From the human T2T-CHM13v2.0 reference genome, Homo sapiens, in NCBI RefSeq assembly GCF_009914755.1, contig NC_060931.1: a stretch of 64,000 nt of DNA, one strand, 5' to 3'. Positions 25,441 through 39,876 of this stretch are shown piece by piece; the first letter of the stretch is position 1, and each line of letters begins with the position of its first letter. The translations under genes and the position numbers were made by a program. The notes beneath the pieces were generated by a model. That model saw only the letters and a list, made by a program, of their open reading frames with translations. It was not told the origin of the DNA and searched no databases.

Positions 25441-28140
25441 TGAAGACTGTGGAGAGCTTTGGCGATGTGAAAAGGTCTCATCAATCATCACCAGGGATCC
25501 CAGCATTGGCCGAGGGACTGTACCAACTTTGCCGAAAGTCCTTGGAGTTCACATGCTAAGGGGAAAGCCTCTATTGCTCCGCAAGGCAAAGGACCCCCAG
25601 CCGAGGATACAGGGAAGGGAAGAAGAAATCCATGTCTCTGCTGCTGCTCCATGGAGGAGCAGGATGCTGGGGTTCCTGTGCCCACTGCATCCCAATTAAG
25701 TATCTGTTTCTCCTCATTTACACTTGGCTCAGCTCTCCAAATACCTTCCTTTAAAGGATTGTTTTTTAAAGGCCCTTCAAACTCAGCAACTATAAACACT
25801 GATGTTAGGCAAGGCACTTTCAGCAAGAAGCAACCATAAGGAAATAAAATTGCTGCTGTTAAATCTCCACTCCCAGGAAGCGATTTGCTCAGCAATAACC
25901 ATTTCTCAGGAGCCCTGATCAATCACTGTTTGGGCAGGAGAGAAGGCCTTCCCAGGCCTCCTGATTTCTCCACCCTGCAGTGGAGGCAGCGCCCACCACC
26001 TTTAATTTTATCCAGCAGGCCCTGATGGTGGCTTTGGCCTGGATTTGGAACCAGAAGAAATTGTCCCTGTGACTGTCCTAGAACGGACACGGGGCAGCCA
26101 TCACTCCTGCCTGGCCCCACCTGCACCCAGTCCTCCTTGATCCTCTCTGTCTTCCCAGGTCAACCTTCGGTGCCAGGCAGGGTTAATCCTCTCTCTGCTT
26201 TTAGCAGGAGGAGCCAAATCCCACCTATGGCAATGTTTGCTTCTGGAGAAACTTATCTTCCTGCATTGCTCTCTCTTCATCAAACATGAATGCCAGCAAA
26301 AACTCCTTTCCCAGGCTCACGAAATGTGTAAAAACAAAGTACAGAAAAAGAAATCCTACACTAGATTCCCCAGATGTTTTCTATGAGGCAATTGGATCTC
26401 TCTTTCTCTCTGCTAGAAAAGGCTATTTAGGAAAAGCCAGAGAATACGAGATGCTTATGTTATGAAATATCAGCCCAGCAGCCTTGTTTACTGGGACCCA
26501 GTTGGAAAAAACCCAGATTCCCAAATAAATAACTTCTCTCCTTTTCCTAGCAAAAATTGCTTTAAATGATTTCAATCCTAAAGATAATTTTTTCCAAGCC
26601 AAGTGACCTTTGCCTCCTTTTTATAGCCTCCCCTAGAATGGCCTGTACAGAATGTGTTTCCCTGATAAGCCCAGAGCTTTTCCAGACACAGTCTTCTACA
26701 AACTCAAATGAAAAAGAAAAAAAAAAAAAAAGAAAACAAAACAAAACAAAAGGGAGAGCTGGAAGGATCAACTCCTCTGTTCCCCTGTGCAGGTAGGAAA
26801 ACTGAGGTGCAAGATGTGACATCCTCTCCCATCTCTGTGGCACCCACACATCTGATTGGGCAGCACAGAAGATGGGGTACCACAGCCTCCCCTTCTACAA
26901 CATCCCTCATGGGTCCACAGGAGCCCCTCTCCCCACCTTGCTGCTTGGAGAGACCATTTGATTTCCTTGTGCCCCTCAGTGGCCACCAGCACCAACTCAG
27001 TAGATAGGTTCTGCTGCCTACTTGCAAATCCCTTTGCTCTCCAGAAGATATCTGTGAGCAGGAAGGTATGGCCAGGGGTAACGAGTGAAATGCAGAGACC
27101 TGGGGCTGAGGAGAGAAAAGAGCCAGGATGGATGGCAGGGGAGAGTGCTGTTTCTCACAGCACAGCCTGGCACAAAAGAAAAGAACAGAAACACACACCC
27201 ACGTTCTACTGGAGGCCGCGAGCTGAAACTGTGGTATGGGAGAGGCAATGGATAGGGCTTTCAGGAGCAATCCTCCAACTTCTGCTGACATAGCACTGTT
27301 CCCCCAAATATTGGAAGTGAGGGTAGGAAGAGCACCCTAGAAGTTCCATCACCCACCCCACCCAACCATCACACTCTCCTGGTGAAACCATCTATGCTAT
27401 TCCCCAATTATCTTGTTTCTGTGAGAAACACATATGTTATTCTCAAGAGTCATGACGGTACCTGGAAGGGAGCACTAGCTGTGGCAGCTTGGTGTTTCAT
27501 GCTGCAGAGGTGATTGTTGCTCTGTGGGCCAGAGGTCTAGTGTTCTCAAGTCGTGGAAATAGTGATTCTTCCCGTTGAAAACTTAACACGTGCTTTAGAG
27601 AAAAGAGTAGGAGTATTTAACTCAGAGCTCCAGCTTCTCACCACCCCTGGCACATGGCTGGCACATGGTATGTCCTGGGTGATTATTTCTTGAGTCATTG
27701 GTTGATGCCAAAGTTCTCTACTAGGCAACAATCCCTAGAGATTAGAAAGGCCTAAAGCAGGCTGTGTCCTGGGTTGTCACCTCTCCCCTAGCATGTCATA
27801 GTTCTGAGGATTGTGCCCATCCCTGAGGTGTTCTTATGAGCTCCTTATTCCCTAAAAACTACCAGACATTCCAAGAAGTTTCATGGATAGCAGGCATGGC
27901 AGATGATTAACTTCCTCCTGTCATTTCACCTAGGTCTGTGATCTCTCCTGCGCAAAATGAGGTTCAAAGAAAGAGAATGAGAATGATAATGATTATTGAA
28001 AAGTCCCTCCCACCTCTGATATTCTTTGAGCTGCTAAGATTTGAAATTTCACTCAGTGGTATCAGGAGGTTCTGCTAGTTGAGATTTAGTCTACTTCAAA
28101 CCAGTGACAGCCAAGACAATTCTGAAATGGGCACTGGATC

Positions 28141-28443
28141 TTTTTTTTTTTTTTTTTTTTGAAATGGAGTCTCACTCTTTGTTGCCCAGGCTGGAGTGCA
28201 ATGGCGCGATCTTGGCTCACTACAACCTCCGCCTCCCAGGCTCAAGCATTCTCCTGCCTCAGCCTCCTGAGTAGCTGGGATTATAGGTGCACACTACCAC
28301 ACCCAGCTAATTTTTATATTTTTTATGGAGATGGGGTTTCACCATGTTGGCCAAACTGGTCTCGAACTCCTGACTTCAGATGATCTGTCCACCTCAGCCT
28401 CCCAAAGTGCTGGGATTACAGGCATGAGCAACCGTGCTCGGCC
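28141..28443 (-). mobile_element. AluS (Sp/Sq-like)
   Basis: T20 tail, 'ctctttgttgcccaggctggagtgcaatggcgcgatc', short TSD '(g/a)gatctttt'. Confidence 0.96.
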
Positions 28444-28789
28444 AGATCTTTTATTTATAACAGATGCCATAACATTTCATACAAAATTCCCCATGATTGG
28501 AGATATTCAAGTGGAGGCAGGACAAGTGGCTGGGTTGTTGTGTGTGGGCAAGGGTGGCTGTGTACTATGGGAATGGGTACATTAGCATCCAAAGGGTGAT
28601 TACACCAGGCAGTGTCTCATGTCCCTCCTCATGTGGGAGCCTACCACGCAAGGGAGAACCAGGACTAGGTTGATATGACCTGGCTTTTACAAAACCCCTG
28701 GAGGAGGGAAAGAAATGGAGGCAGCATGTCAAAGCCTTGTCTGAGAAGCATTCCTTTCTCCAAAGCATCTGAGGCTCTGCCTTACAGAT

Positions 28790-29000
28790 CCCCATGGACC
28801 TTGTATTCCTCCATGGAAGCCTTTGTTCTCTGTATTGTGATCTATTTACAAATACCTTCCTCCTCAGACTGTGGGCTACTTAAGAACAGGGCTGTGCTTC
28901 TACTCTTTGATTATAATGTACTCTGAGCAACCAGCATAGTGGCAAGAGCATCATCAACATCAGTCAAATGTTGAAGGAAAGAGTAAAAGAATGAAGAAAT
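28790..29000 (+). mobile_element. L2 3' end
   Basis: 'cagactgtgggctacttaagaacagggctgtg...gtcaaatgttgaaggaaagag'. Confidence 0.7.
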
Positions 29001-30017
29001 AATCTTGTTCAAGGTTGCAAACCACCAGGGAAGAGCCAATCTTAAAACCCAGGATTCCCGAATCTCACACTATAGCTCTTCACAGTCACTCTGCAAATTT
29101 CAAAAACAATGAAAGATAACATCCAAACTATTACCCTTTTTGGTGTACACACTGTCTCCAGATTTCAAGGCTTTTGCAGTAGGGACCAGTTATTTAATTA
29201 TGGTCTGGCCTTTACTAGTCAAAGGTATGTTCTTGGGCTTCATATGTTCTTGGACTTGCCACCACCGTCACCCCTCACTGCCCCTGTACCTCATAATATA
29301 ACAGTGGCTTAATATAACAGAGGCAGGGCTCACCACATTTTATATCAGTGTTGGCTTATTTATGGCTTGAGAATTGCTTGAGATGCTGAAACTGGCCCCA
29401 TATGGGATTCCAGGAGTAGAAGCAGCCCCTCCCCTTGGGGCTTCCGGGAACTACAGATAACTTTTTTAATGAATCGGAATACCAAAGAACTAACCCTCCC
29501 AACAGTTGTTATCCATTGCTCAACTCCCTGTAGAGAGCAGCCTGTGGAATTTGCAGCATTGTGATCTTGTGCAAAGGGCAGCACCAGGCCCTGGTGGTGA
29601 TAACAAGGAGGCATATTTACCCAACACTTCTCCCCCAGGGAGACTGTTTTTCCTCCACTGCAATACTGTGGCCCTCTTGGCTCACCCTGCCTGGTCCCTG
29701 ACATGGCTGTGGAAGCAGATGGGTGGAATCAGAGAACCCGCCCAGACAGAAGGACCAAGCACCGAGGGAGAAGATAATATAATGTGGCCCTTCATCTCCT
29801 GGTGTGTTCCTAAAGTATGGATGATTGCCATTCTCAAAGAATTTCATGATCCTGATTTAAAGAAACTTGCCAACATTCCAGGAACCCAGAAAACAGACAG
29901 CAGTCCTCCACGGAGAGGCAGAAAAAGAGACAGGACGATTTAAAGTATCAGGAGCAGGGCCTCACGGGAGTGAGTTCAGATTGTGCATGGCAAAGTCAAA
30001 ACAGATGATGCTTTAGA

Positions 30018-30170
30018 GCAGTAGTTTCCAAACCCTATCACCCAAAGAACTTGCTAAAGCACCGATTGCTGGTCCCCAAAACAGAGCACCTGCCTCAGTA
30101 ACTCTGGGTCTATGTCTATCAAATTCTCAGGTGATACTGGTCCAAGAGCCACGCCTTAGGGGGAAATGGC
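30018..30170. mobile_element. MER5A-like hAT MITE
   Basis: 'cagtagtttccaaacc...cttgctaaagcaccgattgctggtcccc...aaattctcaggtgatactggtcc'. Confidence 0.65.
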
Positions 30171-30469
30171 ATTAATGCCAACTCCAGTAAATTAGGCAAG
30201 ATACCAGGAAGAACTTCCCACTGCCAAGGTTAAACATGAGAATAAGATCAGGTTACTAAGGACAGTTGTGGAAATCTCCTGAGCTAGAGACTCACGTTTC
30301 TGAAACGGATCTGAATCTGTTCTGCTTAGCTACAAGGTAATTTTATCTACCATGGACTATAATCAGTTTCAATACAAGATTATGGAGTATCTCCAGGATT
30401 CCAAGCACTCTGCTGGGCACTGTTACTGGCAACAGGTAGCACTTGCAAATTGAGGACTGGTTGGTTTGG

Positions 30470-30570
30470 TTGTATCCTTGTTATAGATGGGGAAACTGAG
30501 GCTCAGAGATTCCTGCAAGGTCTCACAGCTGGCGTGAGGCAGAGACAGGACTCAAACTCACATCTGCAAT
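30470..30570 (-). mobile_element. MIR core
   Basis: 'tagatggggaaactgaggctcagaga...aaggtctcacagctgg'. Confidence 0.8.
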
Positions 30571-30619
30571 CTGATCTTGTCCCTTCTAGATATGAGGTAG
30601 GGAGCAGAGGTGCATAGAA

Positions 30620-30906
30620 CAATATTTTCCTAAATTGTACACTTGAGACAGTGTCCTACAAGATATAAGATAAAAAAGAAGTGATTCAAAATGTCAAATG
30701 GCCAAATAAGTTTGAAGAAAACAAATGCAACTGAAGAATCTGCTAGACTTCTCAGGTATTTTAATATACTTAAGTGTGTAGTGCATCTCTAAGAGGAGGC
30801 TATGTAGTATTTCTTAAATTTGACCAGATAATCTTTTATTTAAAAACATCTATTTAAATTTCAAGTGACATTCCAGTTGCAAGGAACACAGTCTGGAAAC
30901 ATCTGG
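30620..30906. mobile_element. hAT-Charlie element (Charlie4z-like)
   Basis: 'ggccaaataagtttgaagaaa', 'gacttctcaggtattttaatatact', ending 'ggaacacagtctggaaacatctg'. Confidence 0.6.
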
Positions 30907-32099
30907 CATGGATATTAATAAGGCAAAGAATTTACACCCCTAGCCCGTGTTCTACTTCACATACACTCACACATTTGGGATGAATGCGGAGTGAATATCA
31001 GGTGTGATTCAAATCAGATTGGAAAAGAGGATTTTCCAAGATTCTGCAGCCTTTGCCCAGGGCTGAGGCTTTAATGGAGAGCGCCAGGAGCCCCGAGCAG
31101 GGTCCAGACAAAGCCAGGTGCCACAGGGCTTGGTGGGCATCCCCTGCAGCCCACAATCCCTCCAGGGCAGGAGCCAGAGGCGTCTGGTCGTCATCTGTGC
31201 ACCCCCGCAGGCTTCCTGATGTGAGAGACGATTCCCACCAGAACTGTTAGTCATTCCAGTTTCTCTCAATCAATTATTCACACTCCTGTTTGCTTGCTTT
31301 GAGAGAGAGGAGGGGGGAAAAACACAGAAAAAGCCACAGGGCATGATAAAATACAAGGGAGAGGGGAGAAAAGAAAGCTGGGGACTTTTCTGGGCTGAGT
31401 ATAGGGTAGACCACTAGATGTGCTTTCTAATAGGTCACCTGCATTTGTCCTCTTGGACAAAGCACACAGGCTGAGGAGGTCTCCTTCTTTCCCTGAAGCC
31501 CAGAGAAGAGGAAGCAGGAAGAGGGTTAAGAGCACAGCCAATTGCAGGAGTCAGAAAGACGCATTCCAGGCTCCAGCATGAGCCCTTCATGGTTGTTTGC
31601 CTTGCCTGCTTGGATAATATTTGACCAGCTGAGGGGTGCAGTGTAGACACAAAAATCACAGCCCCTGCTGCTGCTGCCTTCAGGCTGTCATGCAGCCTAC
31701 TCAAGTCTCAGTTTCTGCCATGGTAAAATGAGGATGGCTGTTCAAGCTCGCCCGGAGGGATTCAAGTGAGATCCAAATATGAGGTCCCCGTGGCAGGGAC
31801 CTCAAACCTCCACCAGCCTTTCACCCTAAGCATGCACAGTCAATTTTAGTGAAAGGATCAAGATTTTTAAATTGTCATGTGTAGTATTTTGCAAATGGCT
31901 GCTACATCATCAGCTCGTTAATAACAGAGAGTACTGGCACTGGCATGGTCTGCAATAATTGTTATCGCTATCAAAATGATCAGCAATGATACGCTGCCCT
32001 TTGTATTCAAAGACAATGCTACTAACACAGTATAACAAGTGCTTATTTTGCATTGCACAATTATATATTGTCTGAGCTACCAATATATTTGAGAGAGTA

Positions 32100-32215
32100 T
32101 TTGCAGTATGTGTATGTGAGTGCATATATATGTGTGGGTGTGCATGTGTATATTTATATATACATATATAAACACACACAAGTATATGCATACACAAATG
32201 TAGTTATATATTATG
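32100..32215. repeat. (TA/TG/CA) low-complexity tract
   Basis: gtatgtgtatgtgagtgcatatatatgtgtg...tatatatacatatataaacacacac. Confidence 0.75.
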
Positions 32216-32649
32216 TTCATGAACTTTTTTGCGTGTCTATGTCTTAGTGTCTTATCCTTATATAGGAATACAAGTTCTTATGGGCAACGATTTTCCTTTG
32301 TACTTCTTCTGTATCATCTTTAGTTCAAAGCAGGGTGCATCCTTTGTAGGAAACCCTTAATACATTCCTGTTGGCAGTCAGGTTTATCCCAGCAGTGGGG
32401 AAAGGCTCATATTGATCCCTCCATCCATGCTCCCTCTCTCTGAAGCCCACTCATGGCATGTGTTGTGAGATGGCCAAGCCACCAAGCAAACCATACAGCC
32501 CACTTGAAAAAAGACCCCCTCGAGAAAAGACCCCCTCACTGCTGAGTTAATTAGCTGGCTGGCTGCACACACCAGGATTGGACATGGATATTTCAAAGCA
32601 TCTTCACCCTCAGACTTAAATGCTACCTAAAGCATTCCCTGGGATTCTA

Positions 32650-33170
32650 TTTTTCAAAATTTATTTTTTCCAAAGTAAAAGTAATAAATGCTCATTAAAG
32701 AAAATTAAGAAAAAATGTAAATAAATAGAAAACAATAAATAAACCACACCTCATCCCATTTTCCAAGCACAACTACTGTTAGCATTTTGATGGTTCTCTT
32801 TCCAGTTTTTATTTTATTCATTGTATCATGCTTTCTAATTGTCTCATGCTTTTTCACTGAATGTTATCACACAAGAATCAGTTACAAGATTGGCCTTTAT
32901 AAACTAAGTTTTCAATGACTACATAAATATACCAAATCTACCTAACCATTCTCCTATAAATGAGTGTATATATCAATTCCAATTTTTGATAGACTAAATA
33001 AATGCTGAAATGTGTATCTTGGTGATTATTACCCTTGAAACAAATTAGAATTGATTCTTTAAAAAATTGTCACCAGTTCAAAGGATTTGACTATTTTCAA
33101 GTTTCTTCCTAAATATTTACACATTGTTTTGCAGGAGTGTTGGACCAGTTAGAATTCCCAACAGCCATGC
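32650..33170 (-). mobile_element. L1ME (ME4-like) 3' fragment
   Basis: 'aaagtaataaatgctcatt', 'caactactgttagcattttg', 'cctaaccattctcctat', 'aatgctgaaatgtgtatctt'. Confidence 0.7.
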
Positions 33171-34035
33171 TTCAATGCACACAGAGCCAGTTTCACATGG
33201 AACTCCTGGGACGTATTTCTGAACAACTGTTTATAATGCTTTTCAACTCTTTCAAAGTCCTTGCTTTACCCATCCCTATGCAGGTGCACATGGCCTGTTA
33301 CAAACCTCTGCCTCCAGAATATGGACAGTGAGACACAGAGGGGTTGCCTGCTCTCACTAAATCTCCAGCTTTGGGACTCACTTTCAGTGCAAGCACACAG
33401 ATGAAGGTTCTCAAGAGCCCTCCTGATTCATTCCCTCCCACAGGCCAGGAACCTGTGGCACACCCTAAAGAGAATTACACTGTTGTGTATCCTCCAGGAA
33501 CTATACGAGGTTTAGTGTGGTGGTTCTTAGCAACAGAACAAATCTACAGCACTTTCACTTGTTTTCAAGTAATCAGATTAGCACCAGTCGCTAATTTTAC
33601 ATCTTGCCTTCATACACTCTTGACTACACTTTATTTCCCAGTAAGCTAGTAGAAATGATAGGAGCACATGACACCAAGTGTTTCCACTTCCTTCGCCACT
33701 CACCTCCTCCTCCCCACCGGCTCTATGGGGGAATTATGGAATTGTGCTGGATAGTGGCCATGCAGGAGACACTGCTCACGCTTTGTTGTAACCATAGTCT
33801 TAAGGAAAGGAGACTGGACAACACCAATTAACTTTTTTTGGGTGCTCTCCTGGACCAGATGCCAACAGAGCTTTTGCACATATGATCAGCTCATCAGGCA
33901 CTGTTGGCTTCCTTTTCTCTTTCCCGCAGAGGCTGGGATGGTTCTGAGCACTGAGTTAATTACATGATGCTGCAGTACGGTGGGCTCCATCCTCTCTGCC
34001 CTGTGTATGCACACACACCTTTAAACACAGATAAG

Positions 34036-34038
<3 letters not shown>

Positions 34039-34080
<42 letters not shown>
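34039..34080. repeat. (AC)21 microsatellite
   Basis: Perfect dinucleotide run. Confidence 0.98.
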
Positions 34081-34082
<2 letters not shown>

Positions 34083-34670
34083 GCCAGGCGACTTGGCTGC
34101 AGAAGTGGACAGATGAGCATAAGGTTATCCTACCATATATCAGGCCCAAGAGATAACTATATTCCGATGGGAGAATCAGTTAGTTTCACTGACATATACA
34201 AGTGATAACACCACAAGAGTCAAACATGCCTACACTCCATTGTCCAAAATTACCCAGGGGACGCTTGGGGCAGAGAAAAGAGACCAACTACCTAGCCAAG
34301 CTAAGCAGAGACACATTCTCCAAAGTCTTTTTTCCCTAAGGACTTGGGGTGGCAGGACATGAGCTATGATGTATGGCTGGGGTCACAGGGAGGTAGATGT
34401 GTCTCATCTGTTTCCATTTTCCAATATCCAAGGCTGACAACACACTAAATAAGCCTACACAGCTCTGAAGTTTTTCTCAGTTTGATGAACAGCTGGAGAA
34501 CAGGAGTTCCAGAGTCACTGTTGCTCTGTGGGATCGGGGTCCCGTCTGTAGCTCAAGGGTAGGGCAGAGGCTGGTACCAGGCATCTGGAAAAGATGAAAC
34601 CTTAGCAGACTTAGAACATGGTGCACAAGATATGCCCATAAGCCTCCTTATTCCCCTCCTCCTTTCTGTT

Positions 34671-34719
34671 TACAGTAAATATGTATTACAGTTCTGAAAT
34701 ACAGTAAATATGTATTACA
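34671..34719. repeat. Perfect 20-bp direct repeat, 29-bp period
   Basis: tacagtaaatatgtattaca at 34671-34690 and 34700-34719. Confidence 0.9.
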
Positions 34720-34734
34720 AAATGTATTAAGAGC

Positions 34735-34955
34735 CTCAATATCTATGGAGCAGAACTAACAAGGCCACAGTTGAAGTCCAAATCCTGGGTCAACCAAACA
34801 ACTTTACTTTTGTTCCCTGGCCACGGATGTTACACCCGGCCCCAGGCACCTGACTCAGCAAGCTGTATGATGGCACGTGTCTTAGACAGCAAGGGGAATG
34901 ATCAGGACAGGATGCCTCACCTATGTCCCTGAAAGAACAACCTCAAAGCCCCATC
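34735..34955 (+). mobile_element. MamSINE1-like ancient tRNA-derived SINE
   Basis: 'gagcagaactaacaaggccacagtt', 'ctttacttttgttccctggccacgga' and 'gaaagaacaacctcaaagc' follow the recalled MamSINE1 consensus in order. Confidence 0.6.
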
Positions 34956-34994
34956 TTACCAAGTATCACTTTTTATCCAAAGGTGAGCATGCAA

Positions 34995-35052
34995 GTGCAT
35001 GCGCGCACACACACGCGTGCGCATGCACACATGGATGCACACACACACACAC
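34995..35052. repeat. RY tract with 10-bp inverted repeat
   Basis: gtgcatgcgc (34995-35004) / gcgcatgcac (35019-35028), followed by (CA)n. Confidence 0.85.
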
Positions 35053-36167
35053 ATTCTCAGTGACAAGTCCTCCTGTGGCCAACCTTGCCCCTCACTAATA
35101 ATTTGCACAAATTAAAAGATAAAGCAGCTTAGGGTCATTCAATAAATCATAAGCACAAATCAAAATCTATCCACTCAATTAAATCTGAACCTAGCTGGAA
35201 TCACATCGTTTTTGAACGCTGAAGTGGCTAATTTCCGAAGGATGTAAGAAGATCATTCAACACATGGTTATTCAATATCAGCCCCTTTTCTCTGTGATTT
35301 TTAAACTTAATTAGCATTTAGTAAAGATGGCATGATGTTCCATAGAGCAGCGATCTTTGAGGGATTACCTCCAGCTCAGAAGGGGGGAATATAAAACCAA
35401 TCAGTCCATTGATAGAGGGGCCCCGTGAGCTGCCCAGCATTGAAACAAGCACCAGAGGTGGGAAATGGAAGAAAAAGAATGAGTTTGAAAGGAATCCTGC
35501 CAGCCCTGTGTCCCCAGAGTCATCCCCACCAGTCCTGGCCCACAGTGGTCCAAGAACAACAAAGACAGCCTCTGTAGGGAGAACACCGGGCTGTGTTTGC
35601 ATCTCTGACCACTCCCCCAGCAGTCTGGATCCTGCCAAATGACCGCTGGTCAAACACGGGCGGGCTCCAGCTGGTCTCATTCCTGTTATGACTGCACTTG
35701 GGTTCATTAACACCCAGCCCTCCCCTGTGGGCATGCAAGGCAGGAAGCCTTCTCACTGGCTTGTTTTGCAGCCTAGCTTTTTCTTTCTCAGAAGTGGGGC
35801 AGGTGGTACTACATTCGAGTAAAATCATGCTTAGTGGGGAAGGGAACAGGCTGCCCAGGCTTGGGGTGGACACCTCTGGGGCCACATGCTCAGAGGCTCT
35901 CTGGCTGCCTCTCTCGTTAGTCAGCCTTTCCTGGCATACCCCCGGTACGTTAAACCGTCGTCTGAAATACCCAGCATTCTGCCGTGGAAAGAAAACATTG
36001 AGCTCGGAAAACAGGTGGGATGAGGATATTCCAGGGACCTGGCTCGAGAGCCTCAGCAGGGATCATGTTCCCCAGGGTTGTCCCCAAAGACGGGACACTT
36101 TTGTGCACAAGCTGCAGAGCATCAGAAAATCTTGGGGACTGCAAAGCACATCACATGTCTTATAGGC

Positions 36168-36433
36168 CAGAGCTTCTCAAATTGTTTTGAAGGGCCATTC
36201 TGTAAAATTTCCCATCTACTGTAGATGGATACTTTTGTCAAATACTAGAAGAACAAATTACTAGAAGAGTGAAACTTGAAGCTGCAAAATACAAATGCAT
36301 TGAGTATGTGCTGGGATGTTGCATCAATATCAAGTTGCTGTATACATTTCTAAATGCTCACTCTCAATGTCTGTACCTATCTCAGCACAGGCCACTAACA
36401 ACTCGTTCACAGAGTATATGCTGAATTGCGCTG
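36168..36433. mobile_element. MER119-like hAT MITE
   Basis: 'ggatgttgcatcaatatcaagttgct...tttctaaatgctcactctcaatgtctgtacctatctc', with CAG...CTG termini. Confidence 0.7.
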
Positions 36434-36441
36434 GTCTAGAT

Positions 36442-36607
36442 CCTTGCCACTCAATGTGTGGTTCAAGGACCAAGATCATCATCATTACCTGTGAACTTGC
36501 AAGAAATGCAGAATCTCAGGCTCCACCTCACACCTATTGAATAAGAATCTGCCTTTGCATAAAATTCCCAGGCAATTTGTATGCATGTGAAAGTTTGAGA
36601 TGTGCTA
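36442..36607. mobile_element. MER5A1/MER5B-like hAT MITE
   Basis: 'ccttgccactcaatgtgtggttc...agaaatgcagaatctcaggctccacc...aaagtttgaga'. Confidence 0.85.
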
Positions 36608-38301
36608 GAATAGACCAGGCTTCTGAGCTAATAGATTATAAATGTTTTCTTTCCACTCAACCTTCACGATGTCTTTGAGTAAAGGAGATACTCAACGTTG
36701 AAGTGCCTTAACTAAGTTGGAGAGCAGAGGGGGATGTAAAAATTGGCAGGGTCTGCAGGCTGAAATGTTTTATGGGAGTTGAGTAACTGGTAAGAATGAA
36801 GAAGAAAAGCTGAGAAAACTGAATAGCCCATCTGTCGCCAGGTAACTCTATGGTTCAGAAGCCACCAGAGAATTACGGCACTCACTTGCCAGATCCAAAG
36901 GAAGCCCAGGAGAGTGAGCACAAAGGGTGAGAGACATTTATGAATCCAGTATTGGGAAATGGGCATTGCACCAGGATGAAGCAGAGAGCCCAAGGTCAGG
37001 GTGCTGGAGGAGACAACTTGATTCTGTAATGGAGATTGTGGGCGGCCCACGCAGAGACAGCAGGATGTTTATTTAGATCTTGTCTACTTAGCTGGTTGAC
37101 TGGCTGCAAGTTTGATTATCATTCACCAGGTCTCTATGCCCTCAGCCGGAACCATGTTCCTAATCTGCTTGGCCATTAAGGGCTCTCTGAACCCTGCTCT
37201 GTCTCCAGCATAGAGCCAGAGAGGCTGGAAGCTCCCCGGGGTCTCTTTCTGCACCTCCCTCCCGCGGCATGTCTCTGCTTCTGTCTGGGACTGCAGGCCA
37301 GCTTCAACCAATTCCCACCAACCAGCAGCCCAGATCTTAATTAAAACATTCAACCTGCACACAAGTGAGGAAAGTAGTCACAGCCCCCTCAGTCCAGCTG
37401 AAAGGAAATCACAAGGAATATGTACAGATTCATAAGAGACTTCTATCTCAGGGTGCAGGTGGGGTACAGCCAATCCCTGGTTCCCTTTTCGGAGCACTCC
37501 CATACACCTGTCCTCCCTATTCCTGTCTCACCTGCACTGTGACTGTCACTTCGATCCGACTTCCATAGGAGTTCTCTCCCCTTCTGCCCCAAATCACTAA
37601 AACACAGAGCTGGGGAGACCCTGGAAACTGAGGACCCCCAATGTTAAGTATCTTGCCCAAAGTCACCCAGCCACATTGTGTCCCTGCCTGAGAGTAACAA
37701 GAAAATGCATGATTTGTAAGTCAATCATTCATATTAGTCCCAGTCACCAGATATTCCACCACGATGATAATTTTGTACTTATTATTGTATTGTAATAGTC
37801 TACCCTAACTAACAATTTTGGTTCAGAAAAAAAAAGGTCTCCTTATTAATGTCTTTTCTGTGTCCTGACCATGTATTTTTAGCAATCCAACTAAGGGGTT
37901 CCAGCTGTTAAACTCTTTGAAGGATAAGTACGTATGAAGAGTTTCACCCAATTACTTCTCCCAGGGGTCCTAAGAGGCTTTGGGGCCTTAAGTTGGGACT
38001 ACATTGGCTTCAAGGGTGGATAAGACAGAAACTGTCTCAACCTTTGGGTTGTAGAATTCAGGGTGGGATGAGCTCAAGCCTGGGGCTCATGCCAGCCCTC
38101 CCTTCCAATTCTACAAGATTCTAGGAAGCATTAGCCTTCATTATTCTATTCCTCAAAGCAGGGCTTCTTTCTGGCAAGTCCCATAACATGAGAGGAGCCT
38201 GAATCCCACAAGCCATGACTGGCAGCTCAGAGCAGAGGCGTGTCCTTCACACAGCTCTGGCTGGAAGAGACAACATTCTCAAAAGAAAAGGGCCCCACTG
38301 A

Positions 38302-39876
<1,575 letters not shown>

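Noticed and set aside
29294-29325. 16-bp tandem duplication taatataacag(t/a)ggc
   Set aside because: Real but ordinary micro-duplication with no further supporting context.
34735-34810. tRNA gene
   Set aside because: Only a decayed tRNA-like SINE head, with no intact A/B boxes or cloverleaf.
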